From Basidiobolus meristosporus CBS 931.73 (lineage: Eukaryota > Fungi > Basidiobolomycota), in the NCBI GenBank assembly GCA_002104905.1, contig MCFE01000335.1, forward strand, positions 28,267-92,266: DNA of 64,000 nt. Direction: 5' to 3'. The position numbers and the translations under genes were made by a program. The notes under the pieces were generated by a model that was not told the DNA's origin, ran no database searches, and saw only the letters and a program-made list of their open reading frames with translations. Position 1 is the stretch's first letter, and every line of letters starts with the position of its first letter. Of this stretch, positions 49,560 through 62,194 are shown one piece after another.

Positions 49560-50444
49560 ATGACTTACTCATCTGAATGGTCTTTTCTCATCAATCCCAT
49601 CACTACCACTGGATTTCCTTTTGACACACTGGAGGAGATCTATTCCAAGTACTGTGGACCATCAACCCCAATCTACTCAAGGAAATCCCTTGTTAAGCTT
49701 CTCTGCTATTACAAGAACTATTGCCCTACAAGGTTTCATCCCACCATCCATGGCAACAGAAGTCCTAGAAGCTTTCATTCCCAGCTGACAGCAATGGAGA
49801 ACCACCTTGCAGAGGGTATGAATGACTTAGAGCAAGCTTGGAATACTAGGTTCAGAAGCTCCAATAGACTTCCATATCCCAGAGTGTTCAGCAACAGGTT
49901 CCATATCAGGAGTATTTTGGATACCTTCCCAGTGAGGATTAACAGACCTTCTAGAGGGCAGAGGCACTTTTATTCTGGCAAGTACAAGGCACACTGTGTG
50001 AAGTTTCAAGCACTGTCTGACATTGAGGGTAACATCATCTGGTTTAGTGGGCCATTTGCTGGAAGTAGGCATGACAAAGCACTCTGGGTAGAGAATCATC
50101 CTGAATTCAGTAGAGGGGAGAAATATATGGCAGACTTGGCCTATATAGGAGAGGATTGTCAGAGATTAGGATGTATTACAGCTTATAGGAAGCCAAGGAA
50201 TGGTGTGCTTAGCAGGAAGCAGAAGCTCTACAATGAGATATTTAATCATTTCAGAGTAAGGGTAGAGCACACATTTGGATATCTGAAGAGATTCAGCATA
50301 TTGGCAGGTAAATATAGAGGAAAGTCATATATAGGTGAAAACAGCAGAATAGGTAAAATAGTTAAGATACTTATTAATGCACAGTATGTTCATACAAGAA
50401 GACATCCACTGAGAGAAATGTGTCTGGAGCATTATGAAGAGTAA
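49560..50444 (+). CDS. PHIS/Harbinger-type DDE transposase (DDE_Tnp_4-like), 294 aa, intact
   Basis: Uninterrupted ORF. N-terminal HTH-like region; ILDTFPVRINRP; FQALSDIEGNIIWFSGPFAGSRHD; ADLAYIG; RVRVEHTFGYLKRFSIL. Confidence 0.92.
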   Translation: MTYSSEWSFLINPITTTGFPFDTLEEIYSKYCGPSTPIYSRKSLVKLLCYYKNYCPTRFHPTIHGNRSPRSFHSQLTAMENHLAEGMNDLEQAWNTRFRSSNRLPYPRVFSNRFHIRSILDTFPVRINRPSRGQRHFYSGKYKAHCVKFQALSDIEGNIIWFSGPFAGSRHDKALWVENHPEFSRGEKYMADLAYIGEDCQRLGCITAYRKPRNGVLSRKQKLYNEIFNHFRVRVEHTFGYLKRFSILAGKYRGKSYIGENSRIGKIVKILINAQYVHTRRHPLREMCLEHYEE

Positions 50445-51159
50445 ATAAAGCAAGGAAAGCACTATTCTGAGCAACATAAGTAAGATTGAGTAAAATTACC
50501 AGTAACTGTATCATACCACTGGCATCATGGTAGAGATTATAGTGCCAGATAGTGCCGTAGGGTGCCAGATCAATCTGGCACTATAAACCAGCTGGCACTA
50601 TGTGGCACTATCCAACAGAACAAGTCTATTGAATAGTGCTATGCATTCTCCTTGATAGATGTTGTGCTGGTGCATCTGTGTCTGCCTGCTTGTCCCTAAT
50701 TGACACTGTTCCAGCTTCCTGATGTTTCCTTGTGCTTGTCTGGAGCTTTTGGCCCTGCTTGTAACAGGCTCCTGAGAAGGCCACTGGTTTTTAGCCATGG
50801 CACCCTTGTACTTCTGCCTTTGATAGCTTCTGCTATTCTTAAGATACTTTCCTAGCATATTAATGCTGGCCCAAAATCTGTTTACCTGTTTGAATCCAGG
50901 ACAATGCTCATGGAACAAGTCAAGTGAATTCTGCTTGGCCTTGAGTTCCTGATGATCCCATGGTATGCCAGCCTTAAGGTGATGGTGTGCTGTACTTCTG
51001 ACAGCCTCTTGTTTATTTGCCCACTCTTCATTATTGCAATCAATGGCTTCACGGATCTTCAGTGTCTTTTGATTTTTAGGCTTTGGTATATACACCACAT
51101 TGCCTCCCTCCCATGCTGTGATAGGTTCTTCTGTGGGCTTTATCATTGGGCACTGTTGT

Positions 51160-51850
51160 ATCCAAGAGAAAAGTGAAATAAAGCTCTTGAATGAGTTAAC
51201 TGAACCTAAGTGATAACTAAGCGCAGAATCTTAGAATTGTCAAGGGTGACAGAAATATTAGCAGAGAAGTTCTGGTCTAATATTGGTTTTGTATATAGTT
51301 GAGTTGGGCTATAGAGGCAACAGAGTTGATTTGCTATACAGGCTGGGCTTGGTGTTCTTGGGAATACTAGATGTGCTAGGCTTGGGTAGAAACCAGAACA
51401 GAATTGTTGAGCTCTTAATTTTGCTGAAGCGCAATTTTAATTTGTTGAGACACACACTGAATCAAAGGTTCAGTAAACTTTATTTATACTTTTCTTATTG
51501 AGTTGCATTAGTAAGTGCCAAGAGACTGGACTAATTGAAATCTGTTGGGGAGTTGATAGGTGCATAAGATAAATGAAGAATTGCATTATTAATCAGCTGA
51601 TGTCTTGGCAACTGCTAAGTGCTTGCATAAATCTCAGTTGACTAATCACTTGGAAAGGCTCAGCAGATCAGTAGAGAACATAATGACCACATGAAAATTG
51701 ATCAGGTGTGAGAGCTAATAATAGTTTCTGAGAAGTGATAAAATAAACCATAACAGGGATAAGTTATGTTTGGGTTAGGGAAAATCAGTTAGGGTACTAG
51801 ATTTTCTAATGGAGTGAAATTGGCCAAGTTTTAAATGTTGATGCGCAACA
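51160..51850. mobile_element. Unclassified 691-bp insertion in CACTA ORF2
   Basis: Flanked by the direct repeat GGCACTGTTGT (51149-51159 and 51851-51861); the host ORF2 frame QQCP is split. Confidence 0.55.
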
Positions 51851-52831
51851 GGCACTGTTGTTGTGCCTCAAAGACTGTACATTGTTCCTCTGCTATTACA
51901 TCAGGAAATGGCTCAATTCTTAGCTGTGACATTGAGCTACTTGAGTTCCTTGTTTGCAGCAAAGGTGCTGCTTTTTCTACCTGGGAAAATGATTGTACCA
52001 CACATATTATCCACTCATCCTGATTCTGGACTATTTCCTGATTTGTCTGGGCCATTGCATCTATCCTATCAGCCACTGCACCTAATTGCTTCATTAATGC
52101 TTTGGTATGAGCTGACAACATACTTGCTAATATGCATGGTGGTAATATTATGATGACCACTTGCTGGTGCTCAATTGAAGGTACTACTTTTTCTACATTA
52201 TCATTTGCCTAAAAATAATGGTCAGCTTGTGGAGCCACTGCATCTAATTGATTTATTAATGCTTTGGTATGAGCTGACAACATGCTTGCTAATATGGGTG
52301 GTGGTGATGTTATCATGGCCACTTGCTGTTCTTCAACTGAGGGTACTGCGCTTGCTACATTCTCACCTGCCTGAGCATAACGGTCAGATTGTGGCTCTGC
52401 AGAGGTTCTCAATTGCCTACTTGACTGAGAGTCTGAGGAGTCTGCATTTTAACCTTCAATGAATACACTGTCCACATGGCCTTTTTTGGATGTAGCCCTG
52501 CTTGTTGCACTGAATGTCAAAGTACACTGTTGTTCAACCGTTGTTCTGTTGCCATCTGTGGTGGGGTTTAGTGAGAACCAGACAACTGTGCTTTATTTTT
52601 TGGCGGCATATATATGGAAGTGAGTCAAACCAGAGGAGAAATGGTGTTACATATACGTGTGCATGTGGTGACACAACTTTATTTATAATTCTTACCATGG
52701 TGAGTCATCATTGAATCTTACATTCATGTAGGTGCAATATCTCAAATACAAGACTGTCTTAAGTTCACACAAGTGTTGACCAGAAAGTGATATAATAGCA
52801 TTATGTTGTTGAAGGTAAAACTGTTTGCCCT

Positions 52832-55352
52832 GTGGATAAGACTACTTTGACTCAACACCATAAGAGAAGAGAAAAACAACCATATGGCTATTGTGGCAAG
52901 CCTCTCAGCCATGAAGCACACAGACAGCATAGGAAGTATTACAAGGATCACAGTAAGTGTTTTGCCACCCACGTCATATTTGACCATTCATTGGTCACTA
53001 CTGTACCAACATTATCTTGCCAGCCAGTTGATACATCTATATTGGACCCAGGCTCTCTTTGTCACCTTGCGCAAATGAGTCAGGTGATTTTGTGACACCT
53101 CAAGGCTCACCCCAGCCTTCTGAATATGGCACAGAGAATAATAGCTCTGACACAGAAGGTTCACTGATGGATTTGGAGCCTATCTCCCCTAACAACAGTA
53201 CCATGTATGAGCCCGGTCAAATCCCTATATGAAATGAGACAACCCCCATTGAAACTAATGCCAAGGAAACTTAATAGAGCCAAGTGAGCCCAGTGATCCA
53301 TCTACTGGTGAATGAGGTAATGTTTTGGCTAGAGAAGTGGCGTGTTTCTACTAATATGAGTAATGGGGGCTTTGAGGATTTATTACTACTTCTTGCCAAA
53401 ATCATGCTGGGATGCTACTTACCATTTGCATGGTACAAGTGGATAAGCATCATGCGGCTGGCAACATATGATCCAGAGACTGTCCTGAATCCAGCATGTG
53501 TTAATAGTCACATGGCATTCACATCCAAAAATGCTACCATTGCAACATGTCCAAATTGTCAGGAATCCACCACCATTGAGGGAAAACATTGTTCACACTC
53601 TGAATATATTCTGGTCATACCCTGTCTGAGAAAGTTGATGCAGTCTGACAAATATTGAAAAGCTTTACAGTACCTCAGTATCAATCAAGTGCAAATGTGT
53701 CCAATATATTTGATGGCAAACATTACAAACAGCTAAGAAGCAAGGGCTACTTTGAGAGTATGTATGACCATGCCTTTGCTTCAGCACTTGATGGATTCTC
53801 ATTAAACAAGTACTCTACCTGCAAATCCTGCTGGCCACTGATTCTCATCAATCTGAATCTGCTGCCCATCTTATGGTATCAGAGCAATAATCTGATGGTA
53901 GTCTCACTGGTATCTGGGCCTAAATTGCCATCTAACCTGGATAACTACCTGTATCCATTGCTGGATGCATTTTGTATGCTTTCCATCAGGATAACAGTAA
54001 ATGGCTGTCATGTAGAAGCACATATTATTATCTGCATTGAAGATACCCCAGCCATCAGCAAGATAGCAGGTTTTTCCAGGCACAATGGACAATATTGCTG
54101 TCAAATGTCTGAGATCCAGAAGATTTACTCCATAAGTCACACACATTATTGTTACCCAAACCCCAGCACTAAGAACAGCATCTTTCCACAGAGAGAATTT
54201 AGAGCAGTAAACATGCAATTGCAGCAAAGTTGCCAAGCTATAAGTCATTAACCAAAACATGAAATCAATTGGAAACCAGAGACACTTAATATTTAGGGTA
54301 TCTGTTGGAGCAAAAGCTTTCCACTGGGAGCAATGCATTTGCTTCTCAATAATATCCCTATACTGATGACCAAGTTGTACATGGGGCATTTCAAGCTAAA
54401 TGCACCCTTTGAGATACTGGAGAAATTTGAAAGAATTGGCAAGATATTACAGAGTATTTGCTACCCTACATACTACTTATGGGCTTCAATTTATATTCAT
54501 ATGTATATGCAACAATGCAAATGCAAAGACTGGATGAGCTGGATATGTATTTATTCAGGTGGTGTTCTGAAGCCATTCCTACCAAGAGTACATTGGAAGT
54601 ATTGGGATCAATATGTAGACATTGTAGGAATATTTATCCAGAAGTGGATCACCAGTGCCAATTTGATGCATCTACAGCTGTTATGTGAGGAGTTTGTGAT
54701 GGGATTTGAGCAGCTATACTACAAACATAAAGCCAAATGTGTAGATCTCTGCTGCTACTGTATCCATTCTCTACTCCATCTTGCTTGGTGTGTGGAGAAT
54801 ATTGGGCCTTGCTTCACCTTTTGGGAGTTTCCTATGGAGCAGATGTGGGGAGATAGGAAGACAAGTGAAGTCACAGGTACTACCTTACCCCAATCTCATC
54901 AAGAATGTTACCTTCAGGTCCATCATGGATGTGATGAGCTGGCACATGGAGGACAGCTATAACTAGTTGGAAAATACTGAGGACAAATGTGTACATGGAG
55001 ACACCTAGGCCTAGGGCATTAAGAAGCTAAGAAGCCCCAATGCATGGGTAATTAGTTAAGTAATGCAAAGTTGAGTTGAGTGCAACAAGCAACTAATTTT
55101 GATCAGGAAAACTCTACCAGGATATGCTGGATTTCTCATGGTCACAAGCCAACTTATACACCATCTAATATGGAATTCACACCAACAAAAGCCAGAGTGT
55201 ATCTATAGGGGGACTAGAATCCAGCAGGGAGAACAAGTTAATAGGCTAAGTACTAAGAAGTTTGTTGCAGATATTCAGTTGGTATTCATGGCAGAAGTGG
55301 CAACAACCCGACATATGTTTGCAAGATGTAATATGTTACCAGCAGTATAAGG
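52832..55352 (+). pseudogene. CACTA (Tnp2/Transposase_21 plus DUF4218-like region) transposase, few stops and frameshifts
   Basis: ORFs 52832-53095, 53284-53658, 53655-54251 and 54333-54962: CPNC, NIFDGKHYKQL, ALDGF, LDNYLYPLLD, DTPAISKIAG..GHNG.YCC, IHSLLHL, FWEFPMEQ. Confidence 0.88.
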
Positions 55353-56207
55353 TGTCATGATCACATGACAACCACAAGCACACATGCCAAGTTTCAGCTT
55401 CCTAGCGCAATTTCTAAGAGATTCCTTCTGGAACCTTCTACCACCTTCCAGAAAGTTCTTGACCATTCCAAACCATTGGTACACAATGGAACATTCCATG
55501 GAAGCTTCCCATTGTATTTTCCATAGTCCAGTACCATATATGGAAATACCAGGTCACATGACTTAGTTCACATGATCAGGTGACCCAATCCATTTCCTCA
55601 TCCTGTTTCAGTGCCGTGTTATCTATGTCATTATCCCCAGCACCATTGCTGTGCCTTACCCCACAACCTCATTAGTATTAGCTAATATCTCTTGGCATCA
55701 GTATAACCAAAAAGCATATATAGTCCTATCCCCCCTTAAGTATTCCTCAGTCTGATAAACAAAGGTCTTGAATAAACAGCCTTGCCTTGGAAATCCGCCT
55801 TGCCTTGAGGATCCACACCTAAGTCCTTTCCTGGTCCTGCCTTGCCTAGCTCTACTCTCCTGCCTTGTGTCTATTCATAACAGTTTTATCAGACTCTCCT
55901 GACTTACCTGTGGACCCCTGCCTTCTGCCCATAAGCTTAAAGAAAACTTGTAAAAGGAATACTCACCATAAGTATCACCCATCATCTTTCCCTAGTCCTG
56001 TCCTATAAAGACAAAGATACTTTATCTTTGTAAAACCATTGGTCAAAGCTGCATTCACTTTATTACCCTGCTGGTGGAGTTTACAGTTGTTACAGTATTG
56101 GAAGCTTTAGTACATACTCTATCAAAGGACGTTGAAACCAGTACCTTCTGAAGTGGCGCTAACTTATTTAAGTTGGGGATTGTGGCTCAATAGTTGTATT
56201 CTTGACA
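55353..56207 (+). repeat. Gypsy B 5' LTR (putative, 855 bp)
   Basis: TGTCA...TGACA termini; shared with 44139-44964. No 3' LTR in the window to confirm the inner boundary. Confidence 0.6.
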
Positions 56208-56288
56208 TACTAGTGGCTGTACAAACCCACAACCTAGCTTAGTATATTCCAGTATTCCTTGCAAGTTTATCCACCTTCCTCTGCTACC

Positions 56289-57221
56289 ATGTCCAACCTA
56301 GAGCTGAACTTTGCCCAGCTCATGGCTGCCGTTACCCAACTGCAGCAAGACCACGCAGACCTCAGAAACACTCTTGCTCAGTTCCAGAACTAAAGTGTCC
56401 AGCAAACTAGCCATGTTCCAGTCTACCAAGAACCCAAGTATACTCCTGCTACCAAGTTCAATGGCTCTCAGAATGAATTCCGTGGCTTCATCAACATGGT
56501 GAAGAACAATCTTGCATTCCAGCCCAACCGGTACCCCACTGACCAGGCCAAAGTTGGTTTCATCTCCAACCTGCTTACTGGTACAGCTCTCAAGTGGTTC
56601 TCCCCATTAGTAGAGGCCGACTCTCCCCTCGTCAGAGACTACCAAGCTTTTCTCATTGAAATGGAGCTAACATTTGGTAACCTTGACCAAGCCAGAATTG
56701 CTGCCAACAAGATCAAGACCCTCAAACAAGGGAACAAACCAGCATCAGTCTATGCCTCAGAATTCCAACAACTCTCCAGTGACCTCAGCTCCTGGGGTCA
56801 AGCAGCTTTGATAAGCCAATTCCATGATGGCCTTAATGATGAGGTTTGTGATCTGCTACTCACACTCCCAGATCCAGATACATTGGTTGAAGCTATGCAC
56901 CAAGCAATCCAGTGTGATAACAGACTATTCCAGAAGAAGCAAAAGAACTGTAAAAGACACATTCCTGTTGCAGTCCCAGCCCCTCCTGCTCCCCAAGTCA
57001 CTCCAGAAGATCCTATGCAGATTGATAGTGCCAAATACAAGAAACTATTAAAGAGTGAAAAGTCCAGACATCAACAAGCCAACCTCTGTCTATACTGTGG
57101 CCAATAAGGTCACTTTGCCAAGTCCTGCCCCAACAAGAAGTCCAGCTACAAGCTGATGCAGTCCTCCAGTAACCAACCTGATTCATATCTGTTGGGAAAC
57201 TCCAATGTCCAGTTGCACTGA
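56289..57221 (+). pseudogene. gag: Gypsy B gag with two premature stops
   Basis: ORF 56496-57107 (PTDQAKVGFISNLLTGTALKWF...PMQID) and CLYCGQ*GHFAKSCP zinc knuckle. Confidence 0.85.
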
Positions 57222-57236
57222 CAGGCTTGCAACTAG
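57194..57236 (+). promoter_or_regulatory. -1 programmed ribosomal frameshift signal (Gypsy B copy 2)
   Basis: Slippery G GGA AAC at 57194-57200 in gag phase; 8-nt spacer; stem AGTTGCA/TGCAACT; the -1 frame is open into the protease ORF. Confidence 0.75.
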
Positions 57237-60200
57237 ACCCACCCATGAAAATCCAGCATATCCAAGAATCTTCCTTTGCCACAAAATCTATCCAGTCCTT
57301 GAGAATGCCTGTCAAAATCCAGATCCCTGACTCCAGTCCTGTCCCAGCTCTAGCCCTGATTGATTCCAGTGCTTCATCCTGTTTCATTGACCAAGCCTTT
57401 GTCCAGAAGCACTCTATTCCTGTTACCTTAAAGTCCTGTCCAGTCCAAGTAGAAGTTATTGATGGAAGATCACTCTCCACTGGTGCTGTTACCCATGAAA
57501 CATGCTTACTCCAGCTGTCCAGTACTGTTCACCAAGAAAGAATTGCCTTAAACATCATCAACTCACCACACTATCCTATTGTACTGGAAGCTCATGGCTG
57601 AGCTACCACAATCCAAGTATTGATTGGGAATCCAAGATCCTGTCACTCACCAGATCCCACCAAGTCAACTCCATGAAATCTCTAGACCCTGATAACTGTG
57701 AAAAGACTGTTACCAACAGTTCAACAGCCCAAGATTCCTTGCCAGCTGAAGGAGCCCCCTCAGCAACTATACCAGCCAAGTACCAAGAGTTTATCCATGT
57801 CTTTGACAAGAAGAAAGCAGAACTCCTCCCTGACCATTGGCCTTATGACTGCCCTATAGACCTTGAAGATGGAAAAGTCCCTCCATTTGGCCCAATATAT
57901 AATCTCTCTCAGCTGGAGTTGAAAGAGCTCCATGATTATATTCAAGAAAACCTCCAGAAGGGTTTCATTCAGCACTCCAAATCACCTGCTGGAGCCCTAA
58001 TCCTCTTTGTCAAGAAGAAGGATGGTACCCTCAGAATGTGTCTGGACTACCGTGCTTTGAATAAGATCACAGTCAAGAACCACTACCCCCTGCCCCTGAT
58101 CAACACACTGTTAGATCAGCTATCTGCTGCTCAAGTCTTCACCAAGATAGACTTGAGAGGAGCTTACAATCTTGTCAGAATCAAGCCTGATGATGAACAG
58201 AAAACTGCCTTTTGCACAAGATATGGTCACTTCAAGTACAAAGTAATGCCGTTTGGCCTCACCAATGCCCCTGCTGTGTTTCAACACCTCATGAACAACA
58301 TATTCCGTGAAAACCTTGACCAGTTTGTGGTAATCTACCTTGATGATATTCTTATATACTCCAAGAGCCAAGATGAACATGATGAACATGTCAAGAAAGT
58401 ATTGAGAAAACTAGACTCTGCCAGTCTCTATGCCAAGCTAGAGAAGTGTGAATTTGACCAGAGAGAAGTGGAATTTCTGTGGTTACCTCATCAGCCCTGA
58501 GGGAACAAGAATGGACCCAAAGAAACTTGACTCAGTCCAATCTTGGAAAACTCCAAGCTCAGTCAAGGAAGTGCAATCCTTCCTGGGATTTGCCAACTTC
58601 TATTGCAGGCTCATAGCCAACTACTCCAAGATAGTCACCCCTCTGACAAAGCTTACCCAAAAGAACACACCTTTTGCCTGGAATGAGGAGCAATCCACCT
58701 CATACAACCAACTCAAGAAATCTTTCCTGAAGGCCCCCCTGCTTGCCCACCCTGACCTTGAGAAGCAATTCATAGTGGAGACTGATGCTTCTGATTTTGC
58801 CCTTGGTGCCATACTCTCCCAGTATGATGAAGACAATGTGTTGCACCCCATTACATTCTACTCTTATAAGTTTTCCCCTGCAGAGATCAACTATGATATC
58901 TATGATAAGGAGTTGCTTGCCATCATTGTAGCCTTTGAGCAATGGAGACACTACCTGAACGGTGCAAAATACAAAATCAAAGTTTTCTGTGACCATAAGA
59001 ACCTTGAGTACTTTGCAACTTCCAAAGTACTAAACCGGAGACAAGCCAGATGGTCACTCTTTCTGTCCAGCTTTGACTTTACTATCACCTATAGACCTGG
59101 TGCAAAGCAAGGAAAGCCTGATACCCTGTCCAGAAAAAAGGAATATGCCCTGGAAGAGGGAGATGATGCCTGTTGGCAAATGGAACACCCATTGCTGAGC
59201 AAGAATCATTCTGAGATTCTTGCCACCTGGTCCTCAAGTCTTGTCATCCCTTCATTCCTAGTAAGGATATCAGAATCCCAAGCCTCTGATATGACTTCCA
59301 GCACCGTCAAGAAATATCTGGAATCCCCAGTTGGGCCCCCTCCCAAGCTCCCAAACATCCAGAACCTGCATTTGGTAATCAACTTCATCTACCACAAGCA
59401 GCATCTTTATGTTCCAGACCTTGCCACCCAGCTAGACATCATTAAGTCTTGGCATGATTCAATGGCTGCAGCCACTTTGGTACTGCCAGAACCTTGAATG
59501 CTATCAAAAGAGATTTCTGGTGGCCTAGAATGATAGCTCTTATCAAAGAGTACATTCTGACTTGTGATATTTGCAACCGTGCAAAACCAGCCAGACACCA
59601 GCCCTATGGACTTCTTCAGCCCTTGCCTATCCCAGAACTCCAATGGAGATCTATATATATGGACTTCATTACTGACCTCCCTGAGTCATGTGGCTTCAAT
59701 GCTATACTTGTAGTGGCTGACTGGCTGACCAAAATGGCTCACTTTATCCCTTGCTGTAAGAACACTGATGCAAAAGAAACTTCTGCATTAGTCCTGAAGA
59801 ATATTTTCCACCTTCATGGTATCCCCAGAGATATTGTGTCAGATAGAGGCCCACAGTTTAGACTTGTTCCATTGTACCGTGCCAGGGCGCGTGGCACAAT
59901 CCGCGGTTGCAAAGAACAATTGGGCGCGATATTATAGCTACCAGAAGGCAGGATCCTTCTTGGACAATTTCGCACTATGCGGGACAATCTTGCACACTAT
60001 GGCACAACCTGACACAATGAGGTTGGCGCGGATGATCGCGCCAACTTGTAATGCTTGCATCACGTGCGCGATCGGATACCGCTATAATGGCAGGTAAAAT
60101 CCGGTATTTGGATATGTTTCTTTAATGTAAATGGAAATAAATGTGTATCACACTATAAACTACACTGATACTTACCATTTTGGTTACCCTCACTCCAATT

Positions 60201-60602
60201 GGACGGTATCTCAGCGGTTAATTGGTCCAAAAGTATCCTGAAGCTGGCAGCCCCCAATTGGCTCATTGACTACTGAAAAAGCTACCTGATTTGCCATCAA
60301 ATATCCCATTTTGCCCATTGAGCAAGTAAATCCCTGATCCTAGTGATTGGGCAAGGTGTCATAGCTAGCACGCAAGCGATCGTGTAGGTGCAAAACAGAT
60401 CCAATAGCTGCACTGGTATTACAGATGACGTATATATATGCAGGGTGTTTATTTATAGGGGTTCTGTCTCAAATGTGAGACGTCCTTGATATTACTTATA
60501 TCAAAAATTTGATGATCACTGATTTGCGATGGCTTGATTTTGATCGCAAAAAAAAAGGGCTGTCGGGATCATTACAAATGTGAGCAATTCAAAGCGATCG
60601 CA

Positions 60603-61835
60603 TCATCTTCTTCTGGGTTTTTCTCTCACAGGGATTACTACTGAAGCATTTGGTAGTGACTCACTTTGCACACCTATACTACTTCCTGGCTGACTATCAT
60701 CTTGGCTACTTGTGTATTCGTAGTCAGTATTTTGCCTCCTAGTTGATGAGTGCAATGCTGCAGCTTGGCCGCGCTGAATTGCTCCAACTGAACCAACTGA
60801 ACCGGCCTGTAGTGCTACGTACTGACGCGTTCTTTTACTTGCCAAGGGCTCCGGTGGTTGAGTCACTTCATGTTGGTCATCATCAGTCAGTTCACCAGAA
60901 GTAACTTGCTGATGGTCAGGCAAAACGGCACGCGCAGGCGCGCCTTGACGCGTTGAGATGGCCCTTGGCTGAGTTTGATGTGATGCCGCATGTTGACGCA
61001 ACTTGGTCCGCTCCAATGGACTTGTGTCTAAATGAGCAGTTTGGCGAGTTCTGGTAGTTTTGCTCTGAAGCGCGCGCGTTGACTTGACGTGGGGTGTTCT
61101 GTTAAAGGGTGTTGGCGTGGTCTGGACTGACGTGCGCCGGCGCGCTGTGGTTGCAAGAGATGGTAGGGAATCCAGCAAGGCGTGCTGGTGCAATCTGGAC
61201 AATGTTGCTTGCGGTCTGTATTCTTCCTCCTGAAGCTCACCATCTAATTCCTCAAGGTATTCACTTACCCTCTGTCTGATACTTTGGAGCTGTTGCCTGG
61301 ATGAGTCCTGTGTATATTGCTCTCGGAAGCCACTTAGCTCTACTAATATATCACGTAGTACATTAGTCATTTGAGGCAAAAACTCATTCAAAATCTCTTT
61401 GGTTCCCAAAGTTGAGGCACGAACGGACGTGTCCGGCCCGTACTGTGCAAATTGCGCGCGAAATTGTTCCCGCGCGGCTTCCTCATCAAATCCCCTCACT
61501 CTCAGCTCATTCTTGATTTCAATACTTGTCTTGTTATATATCTTTTTACATACATCGGCTGGCATCTTGATGTAGAACTCATGCAACAGCTTTCTACTCA
61601 AATTCTTCCATCTTTGTCAACTCTCTGAGGTATCTAGTTCTGCTAGATTAATCAGTAGTGCCCAAATATCTGTATGAAGGCTCATCATAGACACTTGGGC
61701 CATACTAAAATCATTTGGCGAGAACTTGAACGGATCCAACATCGACTTCTCCGGTCCGGACCACGCTAGTGAGCTGGGGGATGGGTTTTGTCTGGGTTGT
61801 ACTAAAGATGAGTTGAGGCTTGGTATGGGGACCAT
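60603..61835 (-). pseudogene. PHIS ORF2, ~410 codons with a single in-frame TGA at 61617-61619
   Basis: ORFs 61617-61835 and 60603-61601 are in the same frame; best-preserved copy. Confidence 0.75.
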
Positions 61836-62194
61836 AGCAACGGATTTGGATACTTATACAGCAGTATATTGGCATCAACCTGGTCTTATATGAAATATAT
61901 ATGAAAACTAAAGTGATTGTTGAATTTTCCATATATTATGCATGATGCATCTTGGATTGCATTGACACGGATCAGATCACATCAATTGCAGATTTCCTAT
62001 TTGATTATAGACCTATGATTAAAGCATCAATAAAAGTACCAAGGCATTGTTTGCGGATGATTTTTGCGACGTAATGATGGGATACATGGCAATTGATGGA
62101 GATTTAACCATAATGTGTTAAAAATCAGATAAATAACGCAGATTGCGCCGAATCGATTCAAACCGCCTCCATACAATCATCCATCAATTTTAAT

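Larger units (their letters stand above)
47221..50627 (+). mobile_element. PHIS transposon copy 4, full length 3407 bp, young
   Basis: TIR AGACTTGTTCC at 47221 and AGAACAAGTCT ending 50627; TSD ATT at 47218-47220 and 50628-50630. Confidence 0.95.
45371..55352. mobile_element. CACTA/EnSpm copy 3 (far end beyond Gypsy B), with nested LTR-D-like, PHIS copy 4 and 691-bp insertions
   Basis: TIR CCCTATGAAAAATTATT at 45371; ORF2 relic on minus at 45850-52480; transposase on plus at 52832-55352. Confidence 0.82.

Noticed and set aside
51283-51501. Hydrophobic 72-aa ORF as a membrane or envelope protein
   Set aside because: TTG start, no motif, no paralog; lies in an unclassified insertion.
51770-51795. 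Two TTAGGG hexamers
   Set aside because: Not tandem; expected by chance.
56208-56230. tRNA primer-binding site or Tf1-type self-priming site after the Gypsy B LTR
   Set aside because: The sequence after CTAGTGGC differs between the two copies, and I found no complement inside the LTR. Priming mode is undetermined.
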